From positions 1 to 36,930 of the forward strand of contig NW_021829900.1 of the NCBI RefSeq assembly GCF_006345805.1: a DNA stretch of 36,930 nucleotides, written 5' to 3'. The position numbers and the translations under genes were made by a program. This document shows, in pieces, positions 11,157 to 24,959 of the stretch; the first letter of the stretch is position 1, and the number at the start of each line of letters is the position of its first letter. This DNA comes from Octopus sinensis (lineage: Eukaryota). Under the pieces are notes generated by a model. That model had not been told where the DNA came from. It saw only the letters and a list, made by a program, of their open reading frames with translations, and made no database searches.

Positions 11157-11195
<39 letters not shown>

Positions 11196-11271
11196 GTATA
11201 TACATATATACGTGCATACATTTGTACATATACCTACATATATATATATGTATATATTATACACATATATA

Positions 11272-11317
<46 letters not shown>

Positions 11318-11410
11318 CATGCTAATACATAATATATATCTATACATAAATATATGTATGTATATACATTTATGTGTGTGTGCGTATGCGTGTCTGTATG
11401 TGTGTGTATG
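10520..11410. repeat. Compound TA/TG/CA/CT microsatellite field with short unique spacers
   Basis: Direct sequence. Confidence 0.9.
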
Positions 11411-11791
11411 TGCCTCTTTGCCATGGCACTAACACACTCACCCTCGTTTACGTGACACTAGCCTTATCCCACACCCCTTCCTTCCATTCTCGTTCTTCCT
11501 TCTCCTCCTCCCCTTAATTTTCTTACTCCGTCTGCAGTTCTACTTTCACTTTCCTTATTCGGCCCACACACACCCACAAGTACTCCTGCTCGCAAGCGGA
11601 GACACGCACACACAATGAAGCAATCATATACACGCACAGGAACACAATCACACTCCCACACACATACACGTAACACACACTCATTTTTTCTGTTCTCTTT
11701 TTTCCTTCCTCTTCAGTTTTACCTTCTGATTCGTTCACATCACCGTACACTCCTTGCTGTTCTTTCGTCTGATACAGCGAATCACCAAAAT

Positions 11792-11822
11792 GACCACCAC
11801 CACCACCACCACCACCACCACC

Positions 11823-11866
<44 letters not shown>
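11792..11866. repeat. (CCA)n-(CTA)n microsatellite
   Basis: Direct sequence. Confidence 0.95.
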
Positions 11867-11868
<2 letters not shown>

Positions 11869-11980
11869 TGAGACTTCTTTCATCTCTGCTCTTTTCGCAA
11901 CTATTGTGACATCGGTTTATACGAAATCCAACAACAGTAGGAATAACAATGACAACAACAATCTCGAAATATATATATGT

Positions 11981-12036
<56 letters not shown>

Positions 12037-12172
12037 ATAGAGAGAGAGAGAGATATATTATACACACCATATATATATAAGAATAATATATATTTATGCC
12101 TATATACATACATATAATATATATATATTATATATACAACAAAAAAACATATATAACATCTATATTATGCAC

Positions 12173-12220
<48 letters not shown>

Positions 12221-12222
12221 TA

Positions 12223-12449
12223 TATTTCTTTACTACCCACAAGGGGCTAAACACAGAGAGGACAAACAAGGACAGACAAACGGATTAAGTCGATTACATC
12301 GACCCCAGTGCGTAACTGGTACTTAATTTATCGACCCCGAAAGGATGAAAGGCAAAGTCGACCTCGACGGAATTTGAACTCAGAACGTAATGGCAGACAA
12401 AATACGGCTACGCATTTCGCCCGGCGTCCTAACGTTTCTGCCAGCTCGC
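12223..12449 (-). mobile_element. SINE family B, full length
   Basis: Reverse complement aligns end to end with 8335-8567. Confidence 0.9.
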
Positions 12450-12739
12450 GTGTGTGTGTGTGTATGTGTGTGTGTGTGTGTGCGTGCATGTGTGTGTGTG
12501 TACGTTAGAGAATGAAAAACAAATGCGGCGACAGCAATAGCAGCAACAACAAGATGACAGCAATAACAACTCGATGAATATCAATAAACAACATTTGAAA
12601 GCGTCGACGTCGTGCAGTGACGTAGCATTCATTCCTCTTCACGGCAGCCATTGTTGCCTGCAGTAACACCGTCCGCATGACCACCAACGACGACAACGGC
12701 AGCAAACAAGCCTAGACGTCATCTTACCCTTCTCCTTCC

Positions 12740-13622
12740 TCCTCTACCTCCGCCTCCTCATCGTCATCATAATCATCGTCATCATTAACATCGTCATCAT
12801 AATCATCATCATCATCATCATCGTCATCATTAACATACTCCTCCTCATCGTCATCATAATCCTCATCATCATCATCATCGTCATCATTAACAATTCCTCC
12901 TCATCGTCATCGTAATCATCATCATCATCATCATCATCATCGTCATCATTAACATGCACCTCCTCATCGTCATCATAATCATAATCATCATCGTCATCGT
13001 CATCATTAACATCCCCATTCTCATCGTCATCATAATCATAATCATCATCATCATCGTCATCATTAACATCCCCATCCTCATTGTCATCATAATCATCATC
13101 ATCATAATCATCATCATCATCATCATCATCATTGTCATCATTAACATCCTCCTCATCGTCATCGTAATCATCATCATCACCATCACCGTCATCATTAAGA
13201 TCCCCCTCCTCATCGTCATCGTAATCATCATCATCATCATCGTCGTCGTCATCATTAACATCCTCCTCTTTCTATTTATAATCATCACTACCCTCCCCAC
13301 CCTTCCCCTCTTCCTCATTCTTCTCCTCATCATCATAATCACCATCATCATGATAATTCTTCTCCATCTCATTAACATCATCATCAACATCATTATCATC
13401 CCCATTCTCAGTATCATCTCCACCCCCACCACGACGATGATGACGATCATGATCATCAGCATCATCAGCATCATCGTCATCGTCAGCAGCAACATCATCA
13501 TCATCATCTTCCCTCTCCTCCTCTTCTTCACTATCATCATCGACAACGTCGTCATCATCATCATCATCATCACCTGCACCACCATCATGTTCTTCCCCTT
13601 CTTCATCATCATCATCCACAAC
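12740..13622. repeat. ATC-derived low-complexity tract with a higher-order minisatellite
   Basis: About nine units of CCTCCTCATCGTCATC(A/G)TAATC(ATC)nGTCATCATTAACAT in 12770-13262, followed by degenerate ATC sequence. Confidence 0.9.
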
Positions 13623-14519
13623 AGTGGTAATACCTACAACATCAACAAAATCAGTAGCAGCCAAAATCTTTCAAAAATATTTACTCATAGGTAAATACAC
13701 GGACGAGATGGTCATCGATGGAACGCAGTTAGTTTTACGTTTTTACGATCAATACTCACTTGAGGCTATAATAAGGACAATGACGAGAATGAACAGAATA
13801 TTAACATCATAAACAACACGAACAACACCATGAACAATGAGAAAACAACACGCGTATATCACAACGGTAACATTTACATACACCAGAATGACAACAACAT
13901 TAACAACGACGATGATGATGACGACTGTAACAATAATAACAAGAGAAGACAATGTTAGCCATAACAACAACAATAAAAACTAAAGCAGAAATGAAGAAAT
14001 ATAGAGGAATTCGACAGCCCCACCGTCAATGACAGTTATAGCTGCAAAACTAAAATAACGACAATATTTTCAGTGGCAAAAGTAAAAGACAAAAAGAAAA
14101 AGAAAAACAGAAACAAGAACAACAGAAAACAATATTACAATAACAACGATATGAACAAGGAAAAGTAAGTAGAAATAAGTCAACATAACGACTATCAATA
14201 ACAGCAGATACACGAATAACTACTAACGTAGTAATAGATATTAAAAGCAGTAAACAGTCTAAGACCAACATACACCAACACCACCACCAAGGACATGTTC
14301 TCAATCAGCGCTATCTTTGCCGATAACGTGGTGATCTTAAACATCATCATCACCATCGTCATCATCACCGTCGCTGTCATCTTCTGCATCATCATCACTG
14401 TCATCGTCATCGTCATCACCGTAGTCATCAATAGCAATATCAAGATCGGCGTCATTATTATCATCAGTAACGTGGTAGAGATGAAAGTAACTCTGAATGT
14501 ATAGAGAGAGTATAGTGTA

Positions 14520-14881
14520 GATATTTGTGTGTGTGTGTGTATGTGTGCGGATATGTGAGTACATGTGTGTATATATGTGTGCGTGAGTGTTCGCATATGT
14601 GTATGTTTTGAATGCTAGTATGTGATATATATGTATATATCTACATATATACTTATGCATATACAGATATATATACATATACACATATATACATACATAC
14701 ATATATATATATATACTTACATATATATATATATACTTGCATATATACATATACATACATATGTGTGTGTATAGATATATAGTTAGATACATAGATACAT
14801 ATGTAAATATGTTTATCTATAGATAGGTATACACATATACACAGCACTTCTGAGATATGAATGTGTGTATATGCGTGCATG

Positions 14882-14936
<55 letters not shown>

Positions 14937-15125
14937 AAATTATATATATTCATATATATACACACATATATATACATTTATATATGTATATATGTGTATG
15001 TATATATATGTATGTTTATGTATATATATATATATATACATATATGTATATAGATGTATATATACACACATATATATATGTGTTTGTGTATGTGTGTATG
15101 TATGTATGTATGTGTATGTACGTAT
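14520..15125. repeat. TA/TG/CA microsatellite field
   Basis: Direct sequence. Confidence 0.9.
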
Positions 15126-15304
15126 TTACATATTTACTTGGAGGCGACATTTTGTAAGACTATAAGATATGTTTGCTAAAGAAACCAACAGAATCAAAAT
15201 TAATTAGGAAACACTTTCAGCCTCTCCACCGTTTCCTCTTCTCTCTTCAAACTACACACGCACGCACTCACGTACAGCCAGTTATCTGCATCCCTATACA
15301 CCCC

Positions 15305-15834
15305 ACACACACATACACATACATACATACATACATACGTACATACGTACATACATACATACATACATACATACATACATACGTACGTACGTACGTACGT
15401 ACGTACATACATACATACATACATACATACATACATACATACATACATACGTACATACGTACATACATACATACATACATACATACATACGTACTACGTA
15501 CGTACGTACATACATACATACACTACATACATACATACATACATACATGCATACATACTACGTACGTACGTACGTACAACATACATACCATACATACATA
15601 CATACATAACATATACATACGTACATACGTACATACATACAACATACATACATACGTACGTACGTACGTACGTACATACACATACATACATACATACATG
15701 CATACATACTACGTACGTCCGTACGTCATACATCATACATACATACATACATACTACCTACATACATACATACATACATACATACGTACGTACATACATA
15801 CTTACGTACGTACATACATACATACGTAGGTACG

Positions 15835-15870
<36 letters not shown>

Positions 15871-15885
15871 TATATGTGTATATAA
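15305..15885. repeat. (ACAT)n/(ACGT)n tetranucleotide microsatellite
   Basis: Direct sequence. Confidence 0.95.
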
Positions 15886-16072
15886 ATATGTACACCTTCC
15901 TCCAGTCTCTATTTTCGGTATCTGTTTCCTTCTCTTCCTCCTCCTCCCTACTCCTTTCTCCAACCACTACCTTTCTTACCTTCCATCTTTCGTCTGCTTC
16001 GCTTTCATTTATGTATTGTTCCACGGCTTCGTTTCGATCTGTTTCTTCTCATTATTATTTTCATTATTACTG

Positions 16073-16112
<40 letters not shown>

Positions 16113-16122
16113 TACTATTATT

Positions 16123-16314
16123 GAGTGACTGTGTGGTAAGTAGCTTGATAACCAACCACATGGTTCCGGGTTCAGTCCCACGGCGTGGCATCTTGGGCAA
16201 GTGTCTTCTGCTATAGCCCCGGGTCGACCAATGGCTTGTGAGTGGATTTGGTAGACGGAAACTGAAAGAAGCCCGTCGTATATATGTATATATGTATGTA
16301 TATATATATATATA

Positions 16315-16365
<51 letters not shown>

Positions 16366-16593
16366 TTTGTGTGTTTGTGTGAGTGTGTTTGTCCCCCTAG
16401 CATTGCTTAACAACCGATGCTGGTGTGTTTATGTCCCCGTAACCTAGCGGTTCGGCAAAAGAGACCGATAGAATAAGTACTGGACCTACAAAGAATAAGT
16501 CCTGGGGTCGATTTGCTCGACTTAAGCGGTGCTCCAGCATGGCCGCAGTTAAATGACTGAAACAAGTAAAAGAGTAAAAGAGAGTGAAAAGAG
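16123..16593 (+). mobile_element. SINE family A, full length, with internal TA/TG microsatellite
   Basis: Head with A/B-box-like motifs (GACTGTGTGGTAAG; GGTTCAGTCCC), CORE-like CTTGGGCAAGTGTCTT, internal microsatellite, tail ending TGAAACAAGTAAAAGAGTAAAAG. Confidence 0.9.
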
Positions 16594-16595
16594 TA

Positions 16596-16669
<74 letters not shown>

Positions 16670-16681
16670 CATTATTATTGT

Positions 16682-16929
16682 GGAGGCGCGTGGCATAGTG
16701 GTTAGAGGGTGTCCGCACCATGATCGTAAGATTGTGGCTTCGATTCCTGTACCGGTCGATGCGTTGAGTTCTTGAGCAAAACACTTCATTTCACTTTGCT
16801 CCAGTCCACTCAGCTGGCAAAAATGAGTAACGCTGCGATGGACTGGCGACCCGTCCAGCTGGGGAACACATACGCCATTGGAACCAGGAAACCGTGCCCA
16901 TGAGCCTGGCTAGGCTTCAGAAAGTGCGC

Positions 16930-16932
<3 letters not shown>
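16682..16932 (+). mobile_element. SINE family C, full length, followed by a (TTA)n tract to ~17085
   Basis: A box TGGCATAGTGGTT, B-box-like GGCTTCGATTCC, CORE-like TTCTTGAGCAAAACACTTCATTTCAC.TTGCTCCAGTCCACTCAGCTG. Confidence 0.85.
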
Positions 16933-16990
<58 letters not shown>

Positions 16991-17085
16991 GTTGTTGTTG
17001 TTGTTATTATTATTGTTATTATTATTATTATTGTTATTGTTATTGTTATTATTATTATTAATATTATTTTTATTATTTTTATTCA

Positions 17086-17379
17086 TTCAGTTTTTATTTT
17101 TATAGCGTGCTTTCACTTCACTACCGAGCGCAGCTCTGTGTGCCTTAGGTATGTGTGTGATTTGTTGTGATGCTCTGATGGTTATTGTATGGAAAGTGTT
17201 CTGCGTAGGATGTGTGCAGTGCCTAGTAGTGCAATTTTCTGTATGTTACATGTGTTTGTAAGTCCTGGTGTTTTTGTTATGTATTTGTCTGAATATTTTT
17301 TTATCATGCCTAATGCACCTACTATGATAGGAATTGTTTCTGCTTTTAGATTCCACATTCTGGTTACCTCTATTTCGAG
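17086..17379 (-). mobile_element. 5'-truncated R4/Dong-like non-LTR retrotransposon (end of restriction-like endonuclease domain plus 3' UTR)
   Basis: 17379-17182 is open for 65 codons: LEIEVTRMWNLKAETIPIIVGALGMIKKYSDKYITKTPGLTNTCNIQKIALLGTAHILRRTLSIQ*. The pattern EI.RMW...TIPIIVGALG...IQK.ALLGTAHILR is typical of R4-clade C-termini. The 3' end runs into (TAA)n. Confidence 0.85.
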
Positions 17380-17415
17380 AGTAAAGGAATTTTGTTAACA
17401 TCTTCGTTCAACTCC

Positions 17416-17458
<43 letters not shown>

Positions 17459-17614
17459 GAAAAATATGAATGGAGTTGAATAATATAGATGTTAACAAAA
17501 TTCCTTATACTCTCGGAATATGTTTCGAAGACAACATGGTTTCATTCCAAAGAAATAAACGGTACAAGATGCAATTTCCATGTTGACGGTAAACATAGGA
17601 TAATTCATTCACCT

Positions 17615-17700
<86 letters not shown>

Positions 17701-17733
17701 AGTTAACACATAAATGTGAAACAAGGTGGAAAA

Positions 17734-17769
17734 TGTCCGATGAATGGCAACGCGAAACTCAGAGTAACA
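17734..17769 (+). ncRNA. Minimal type I hammerhead ribozyme with a weakened stem II
   Basis: TGT CCGATGA ATG GCAA CGC GAA ACTC A GAGT A ACA: stem I TGT/ACA, GNRA-capped stem II with mismatch, near-palindromic stem III, GUA triplet. Confidence 0.65.
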
Positions 17770-17807
17770 GGTTTTGTAGAATGTTCTGCTGCTTTAAATA
17801 AAGTATA

Positions 17808-17842
<35 letters not shown>

Positions 17843-17984
17843 ATCAAAATAAGCAACAAGAATGGATCCGGTGTAGTACATTCTTTTTGCTTATTTTTTA
17901 TTATAATCACCCCGCATATTTTTATGGGTAACATCATACAAAATTCTGGTGCATATAAATTAAGTACCATATTCATTTGGATCT

Positions 17985-18124
17985 AAATTAAGTACCTGTT
18001 ACGCATTGGGGTCAATATAATCCACTTAATCTGTTTGTCTGTCATTGTTTGTCCCCTCTGTGTTTAGCTCCTTGTGGGTAGTAAAGAAATAGGTAAGCAA
18101 GCTACTTACCACACAGCTACTCCT
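17985..18124. mobile_element. SINE B 3' fragment (+) fused to an inverted SINE A head fragment (-)
   Basis: TAAATTAAGTACC.GTTACGCA...AAAGAAATAGGT, then AAGCAAGCTACTTACCACACAGCTACTCC. Confidence 0.75.
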
Positions 18125-18150
18125 TATTATCATTATTATTATTGTTATTA

Positions 18151-18365
18151 AAGTGGTGAGTTGGCGGAATCATTAGCACTCTGGGCAAAATACCTTGCGG
18201 TATTTCGTCCGTCTTTATATTCTGACTACAAATATCCGCGGAGGTCTACTTTCCTTTTCATCCTTTCGGGTTCGTTAAAATAACTACCAGTTGTGTACTG
18301 GGGTCCATTCGATCGACTTACCCCCCTTCCCCTATGTCTCTGGATTTGTGCCAAAATTTGAAGCC
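18151..18365 (+). mobile_element. SINE family B variant with alternative tail
   Basis: Same head and central domain as family B; tail CCCCTTCCCC...GGATTTGTGCCAAAATTTGAAGCC. Confidence 0.75.
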
Positions 18366-18713
18366 ATTATTATTATGACTTTTTATTTTCTCATTATTTC
18401 CTTCTGTTTTCCTTTCTTTCGTTTCTTCCTTTTTCTTTCTTTCATCCTTTTTCTTTCCTTTATTCCTCATCTTTTCTTCTCTGACTTATTTTTCAATACG
18501 TTTATTAATATTTTCTTTATCGTAGCTGTCCCCACCGCCACCACTACTCCCAATATCATCATCAGCATCAACGTTGTCGGTGTCATCATCGTCTACAGTA
18601 TTATTGTTGTTGTTGTTGTTGTCAATGTTGCTTTTGTTATTGTTGTTGTTCTTATCAATAATGTCGTTGTTGTGGTTGCTGCTGTGGTTTTTGCCGCCAT
18701 TATCATATTCATC

Positions 18714-18720
18714 ATCATCA

Positions 18721-18784
<64 letters not shown>

Positions 18785-18785
18785 C

Positions 18786-18844
<59 letters not shown>

Positions 18845-18904
18845 CATCATCATCATCATTATTATCATCATCATCTTCATTATTATTATTATCATTATTA
18901 TTAA

Positions 18905-18939
<35 letters not shown>

Positions 18940-19175
18940 TATTATTATTATTATTATCATCATCATCATTATTATCATCATCATCATCATTATTATTATT
19001 ATCATCATCATTTTTATTATTATTATTAATTATTATTATTGTTATCATCATTATTATTATTACTATTATTATCATCATCATCATTATTATTATTATTATT
19101 ATCATTATTATTATTATTATTATCATTATTATCATTATCATTATTATTATTATTATCATTATCATTATTATTATT
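18714..19175. repeat. (ATT)n/(ATC)n microsatellite
   Basis: Direct sequence; source of the poly-Ile ORF. Confidence 0.95.
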
Positions 19176-19523
19176 GCCACTACTAACACCATCACTCATT
19201 TTTCTGCAGTCAATTGTAAGCATTGTCAAGTCTATATCTAACAGAGGCTGCTTTACAACAATATCTGTTGTGTATGAAATAAAATATGCTTTATTATATT
19301 GTCAACGATTTTGAAAGACGCTTCTACGGAGAACGTAACACTTCTACACAAACCGCGAAAGAACGAAACATGGAAACCTCCAAACACCTAAAACTCTATG
19401 CTTCTTTTCACACAGACCTCAAAACCTTTATGCCCTCAAAACTTAAAAAACCTCAGAACATGCAAAGAGCCGAACGTCTAATGGCTTCTGTAACGGATCT
19501 AGATCATTATAACATGTATACTC

Positions 19524-19930
19524 CTGCCATCCATCTATTTTCTCCCTCTGCTATACTTTGGGAGGGCCACGGGGGTAGAGATCTAAAGTATCTCCTTCCT
19601 GGACTCCTACCTGAAGCAACCGTCGTTACTTTTACCGGCTGGATTTTTCAAGCAAGACCAACTGATACCTTGGATATTATGTAACCATTTCACTCTTGGT
19701 TTTCCCCTCGGTCTCCTGTCTGTTGCTTCGGCTTGAAGAATCCGCCTAATGATTCTTTTCTGCAGTATTCCAATTACATGTCTGTAGCACCAGAACTTCG
19801 ACTTCTCAATGTGAAGTATTAGCGACTCGACTTGGAGAGATACCCTGATCTCCGAGGTACTCATCCTTTCTAATGATATTACTTCAGAGATCTTTCGGAG
19901 GAAACCAGATTCCGACCGCTTGTGTTCGCG
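19524..19930 (-). mobile_element. RTE-clade LINE (Rex3/Expander-like) 3' fragment, degenerate
   Basis: SEIRVSLQVESLILHIEKS..WCYRHV...RRILQA..TDRRPRGKPRVKWL resembles the RTE C-terminus (VE.LLL.IE.SQLRW.GH...GRRPRGRPRTRW); ends in a GATGGATGG tail. Confidence 0.8.
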
Positions 19931-20009
19931 TTTGTACTCTTTCAGTTAAATAATGTTCATAAATGCGAAGAGAATTACAATTAATTCTATAGTTTAAATG
20001 TTCTTTCTA

Positions 20010-20220
20010 ATATTGATTTCAAATTTTGGCACAAGGCCAGTAACTTCTGGGAAGGAGTAGTTGGTTACATCGACCCCAGTGCTCAAGTGGTATTAATTTT
20101 ACTCCACCCCCCCAAAGGATGAAAGGCAAAGTCGACGTCGGAAAAATTTGAACTCAGAACATGAAGACGGAAGAAATATCACTAAGCATTTTGCTTGGCA
20201 TGCTAACGATTCCGCCATCT
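20010..20220 (-). mobile_element. SINE family B variant, diverged
   Basis: Reverse complement has TGGCGGAATCGTTAGC, GAGTTCAAATTT, GACTTTGCCTTTCATCCTTTG and tail GGCCTTGTGCCAAAATTTGAAATC. Confidence 0.8.
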
Positions 20221-20952
20221 TGTCGATTTTGTGTTCTTTCTAACATCGCATCGATCTTTCTCAACAGCGATGGTGATGTGAGTATTACTCCTGTGGGAAA
20301 ATCTTTCATCTGAGCTGCCCGCTTCGCAGCGACGTCTACGCTGTAAACACTTTGATAAAATTTCCTTCCAATCTACCTCCATCCATAAATCTTGCTTACA
20401 TCACGTCGAATGTAAGACGCCATTTTGCAGGCAGACACACCAAATGCGTACGAACTTCCGGTCACTTCTCTCCAACACGACCCAAACCTTTGCAATTATC
20501 TCTTCCGCTACATTCAAATATTACGCCTCAGAGTAGCCCCTAAGCTCACCATGTTGGTCAACCTGTTCCCTTTGCAGGAGATTTGAAGTACGTAATTCTT
20601 AAGAAAGGCAAGTTTCTGACTGCCGATGACCGTCCCACAGCACTAACGTCCACCATCCCGGAACTAGACTTTCCTGTTGTAAACGAGACCCTGCAGTGTC
20701 TGGCTGAACAATCTGAACAGTTGAGCGGTTTGTGCTGTAGGTCAGCTCACTCTATCCATCAAGTCGACATTTAGCTGAAGAGGTGCACGAGTTGTCACTC
20801 GTCATATGTTGAAGTGAGCGCAGAGCGACGTAAAATGAAGCGTTTTGCCCAAGAACACGAAACACCATCTGCTTCTGAAATCAAAACAATGATATTATAA
20901 TTATGAGTGCAACAAACATAACGACAAGGCCACACGAGGCCTTCATTTTTAT

Positions 20953-21000
<48 letters not shown>

Positions 21001-21126
21001 TGCTATATCTGTGTTTGTACGGCGGTTGTCGTTCTGACAGATATTCCGAAGTCGTCGATATAATGTTTCTATCTGGCACTGTACAACCCCCACAAAAAGT
21101 AATGTGGACAGCCATTAGCAACGACA

Positions 21127-21170
<44 letters not shown>

Positions 21171-22888
21171 TTAACAACCGCATTTACAGTTTTTGGTAAT
21201 CGTGTGTGTGTGGGGGTCGTGCATGTGTGTGTTTGTGTGCACGTGTGTGTATCTTTGCGCATAAATAGTAAGACATAAGATATTGAATAAAAATAATGCT
21301 AAGGGAATAAATGTTTCGTAGCTAGTATATAGTATAAGCAGAAAAAATCTTTCTGATGGACATGCACAACTCTTACGTCCTTTGTAATTGTTATAACACT
21401 AATACATGCCTTCTTAATACAGTGTGTCTTTATAACGCTTTACTTTATCGTGCTGATACCTGTCTTACAGATAACAGTGAAGCAAATAATTTTTTTAGGG
21501 CTGTAACAAAGGTATTTTTGTTAGCTGGTGGTAGAATAACAAATGTTTGTGTAAAGTTCCAAATGCAAAATATTTATTTATCATTTATAAAAATACTCTT
21601 GTTGCGATGCACGACAGAAAAAAGAAAAAAATATATATAATCCAATTGAGTCCGTTCATATGTGTCTGTGAACAATGTTTGTTAGAAAAGACAGTAGCCG
21701 TGAGTGGCGTAAATTCTTGCAACCAGTAGGCTTAGCTACCTCACGACCACTGGCTAGATAGTAGGCCGGCATCTATATATTTCTCATGCATGTCAAAGAA
21801 AAGGCACCAAATACGAAATGATTAATGAGATTTCAATCTGTTGTTTATCCAAAAGTGTTTGTTTAGTATAACTAGAATTTTAATTGGTCAAACATCTCTT
21901 GGTTATATTGTTTATTGCTAGGCAGCCCAAGTACTAAGAAAATAAGTTCTTGGTATGTTTATCAAAGACTTGTAATTTGTTTGTTGCTTGCCAACACCAT
22001 CGATCCTTGACAGCATCCCTATTTATTGCTTATAGCTTTTTGCGGCTGAAGGCTGTGATTCGGGTTGAATATCAAGGCAGTGGTTTGGTGTTTAGGGATT
22101 GGATACTGTCGATATACTTACTACGGGGTTCACCGAAAATCCACAGAAAATTTATCGCAACGTGAATATTTTCTGACACTGACGGAGATGCTCGTCTAAT
22201 ACTCTCGTCAAATTAATCTGGTGACTAGGAGATAATGTTATTTACAATTACAAGATAATCTGGCTAATCCGAAACATGCCTCTCACTAGATAAATGATTC
22301 CGAAGGATGTGATTTATGCTTCTCGGAAAAGTGCGACAATCTTCTGCTGACTTTTTCTATCTTGAACAAAAGATTTGATTTGCTAAATTATCGTAGATTC
22401 TTTCAGCGAGATCATTTCCAACTACAAACTTGATAAAATATGTTATTTCCTCTACAATAGATACAGCATAGCCTAAAATTTATACCATGTTTCACAAGCA
22501 TTCATATATTTTTCTTAACATTAAGACCTTATTAACTAATATCGCTTCCTTGGCTCATATTTTTTGCAGATGGCACAAAAGAGATAATGATATATATTTC
22601 TGCACATTGTCCTTAACATATGAAAATACGTGTTTCAGCAAATAATAATGTATAGATAAAAATGTAATACGCACTGGCAACCAATCAAATCTCCATGTGC
22701 TGCCAACAATTCATATCTTCATGTTTTTGCAAATATACTTGATTATATATTTTCACGTTAATACCATTACTAATGGTATGAAAAATCACGACAATGAAAT
22801 ATGATATACACTATACTTAGTGTCTACCAACATATTTTCTCTCCAATGTAAACACAAATATTTATACGTGTGTGTATGTGTGCACGTT

Positions 22889-24650
<1,762 letters not shown>

Positions 24651-24920
24651 AACATACGTAGATGTATATATGCGTCTATATACAATGACACATACATGCT
24701 TATGCCTTTCTCTCTATTGTACAGACATATGTATGTATAAGTATATACGTATATACACATATGTATATGCAAGCACGTATGTGTATGTAATAATATGCAT
24801 GTATATATAATGAAATATCTGTATATACTACAAATCTGTTCATGTACTCATGTGTTTGTTTTTGATAGGTTTCTACATCTTTCTACCTTCATTTCTACGT
24901 ATCTATCTCCCTGTGTAACA

Positions 24921-24959
<39 letters not shown>

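Noticed and set aside
12770-13262. CRISPR-like repeat-spacer array
   Set aside because: Variable parts are (ATC)n length changes rather than unique spacers; eukaryotic context, no cas genes.
13624-13812. ORF with faint Ras-family look (YTDEMVIDGTQLVLRFYD)
   Set aside because: No P-loop, no DTAG motif and the switch-I segment is missing; treated as chance.
18291-19314. 316-aa hydrophobic poly-Ile ORF and overlapping poly-Leu ORFs
   Set aside because: ATT/ATC microsatellite preceded by a SINE; not membrane-protein sequence.
21465-21485. CAGATAACAGTGA shared with 9708-9720
   Set aside because: A 13-nt match is expected by chance in a window of this size.
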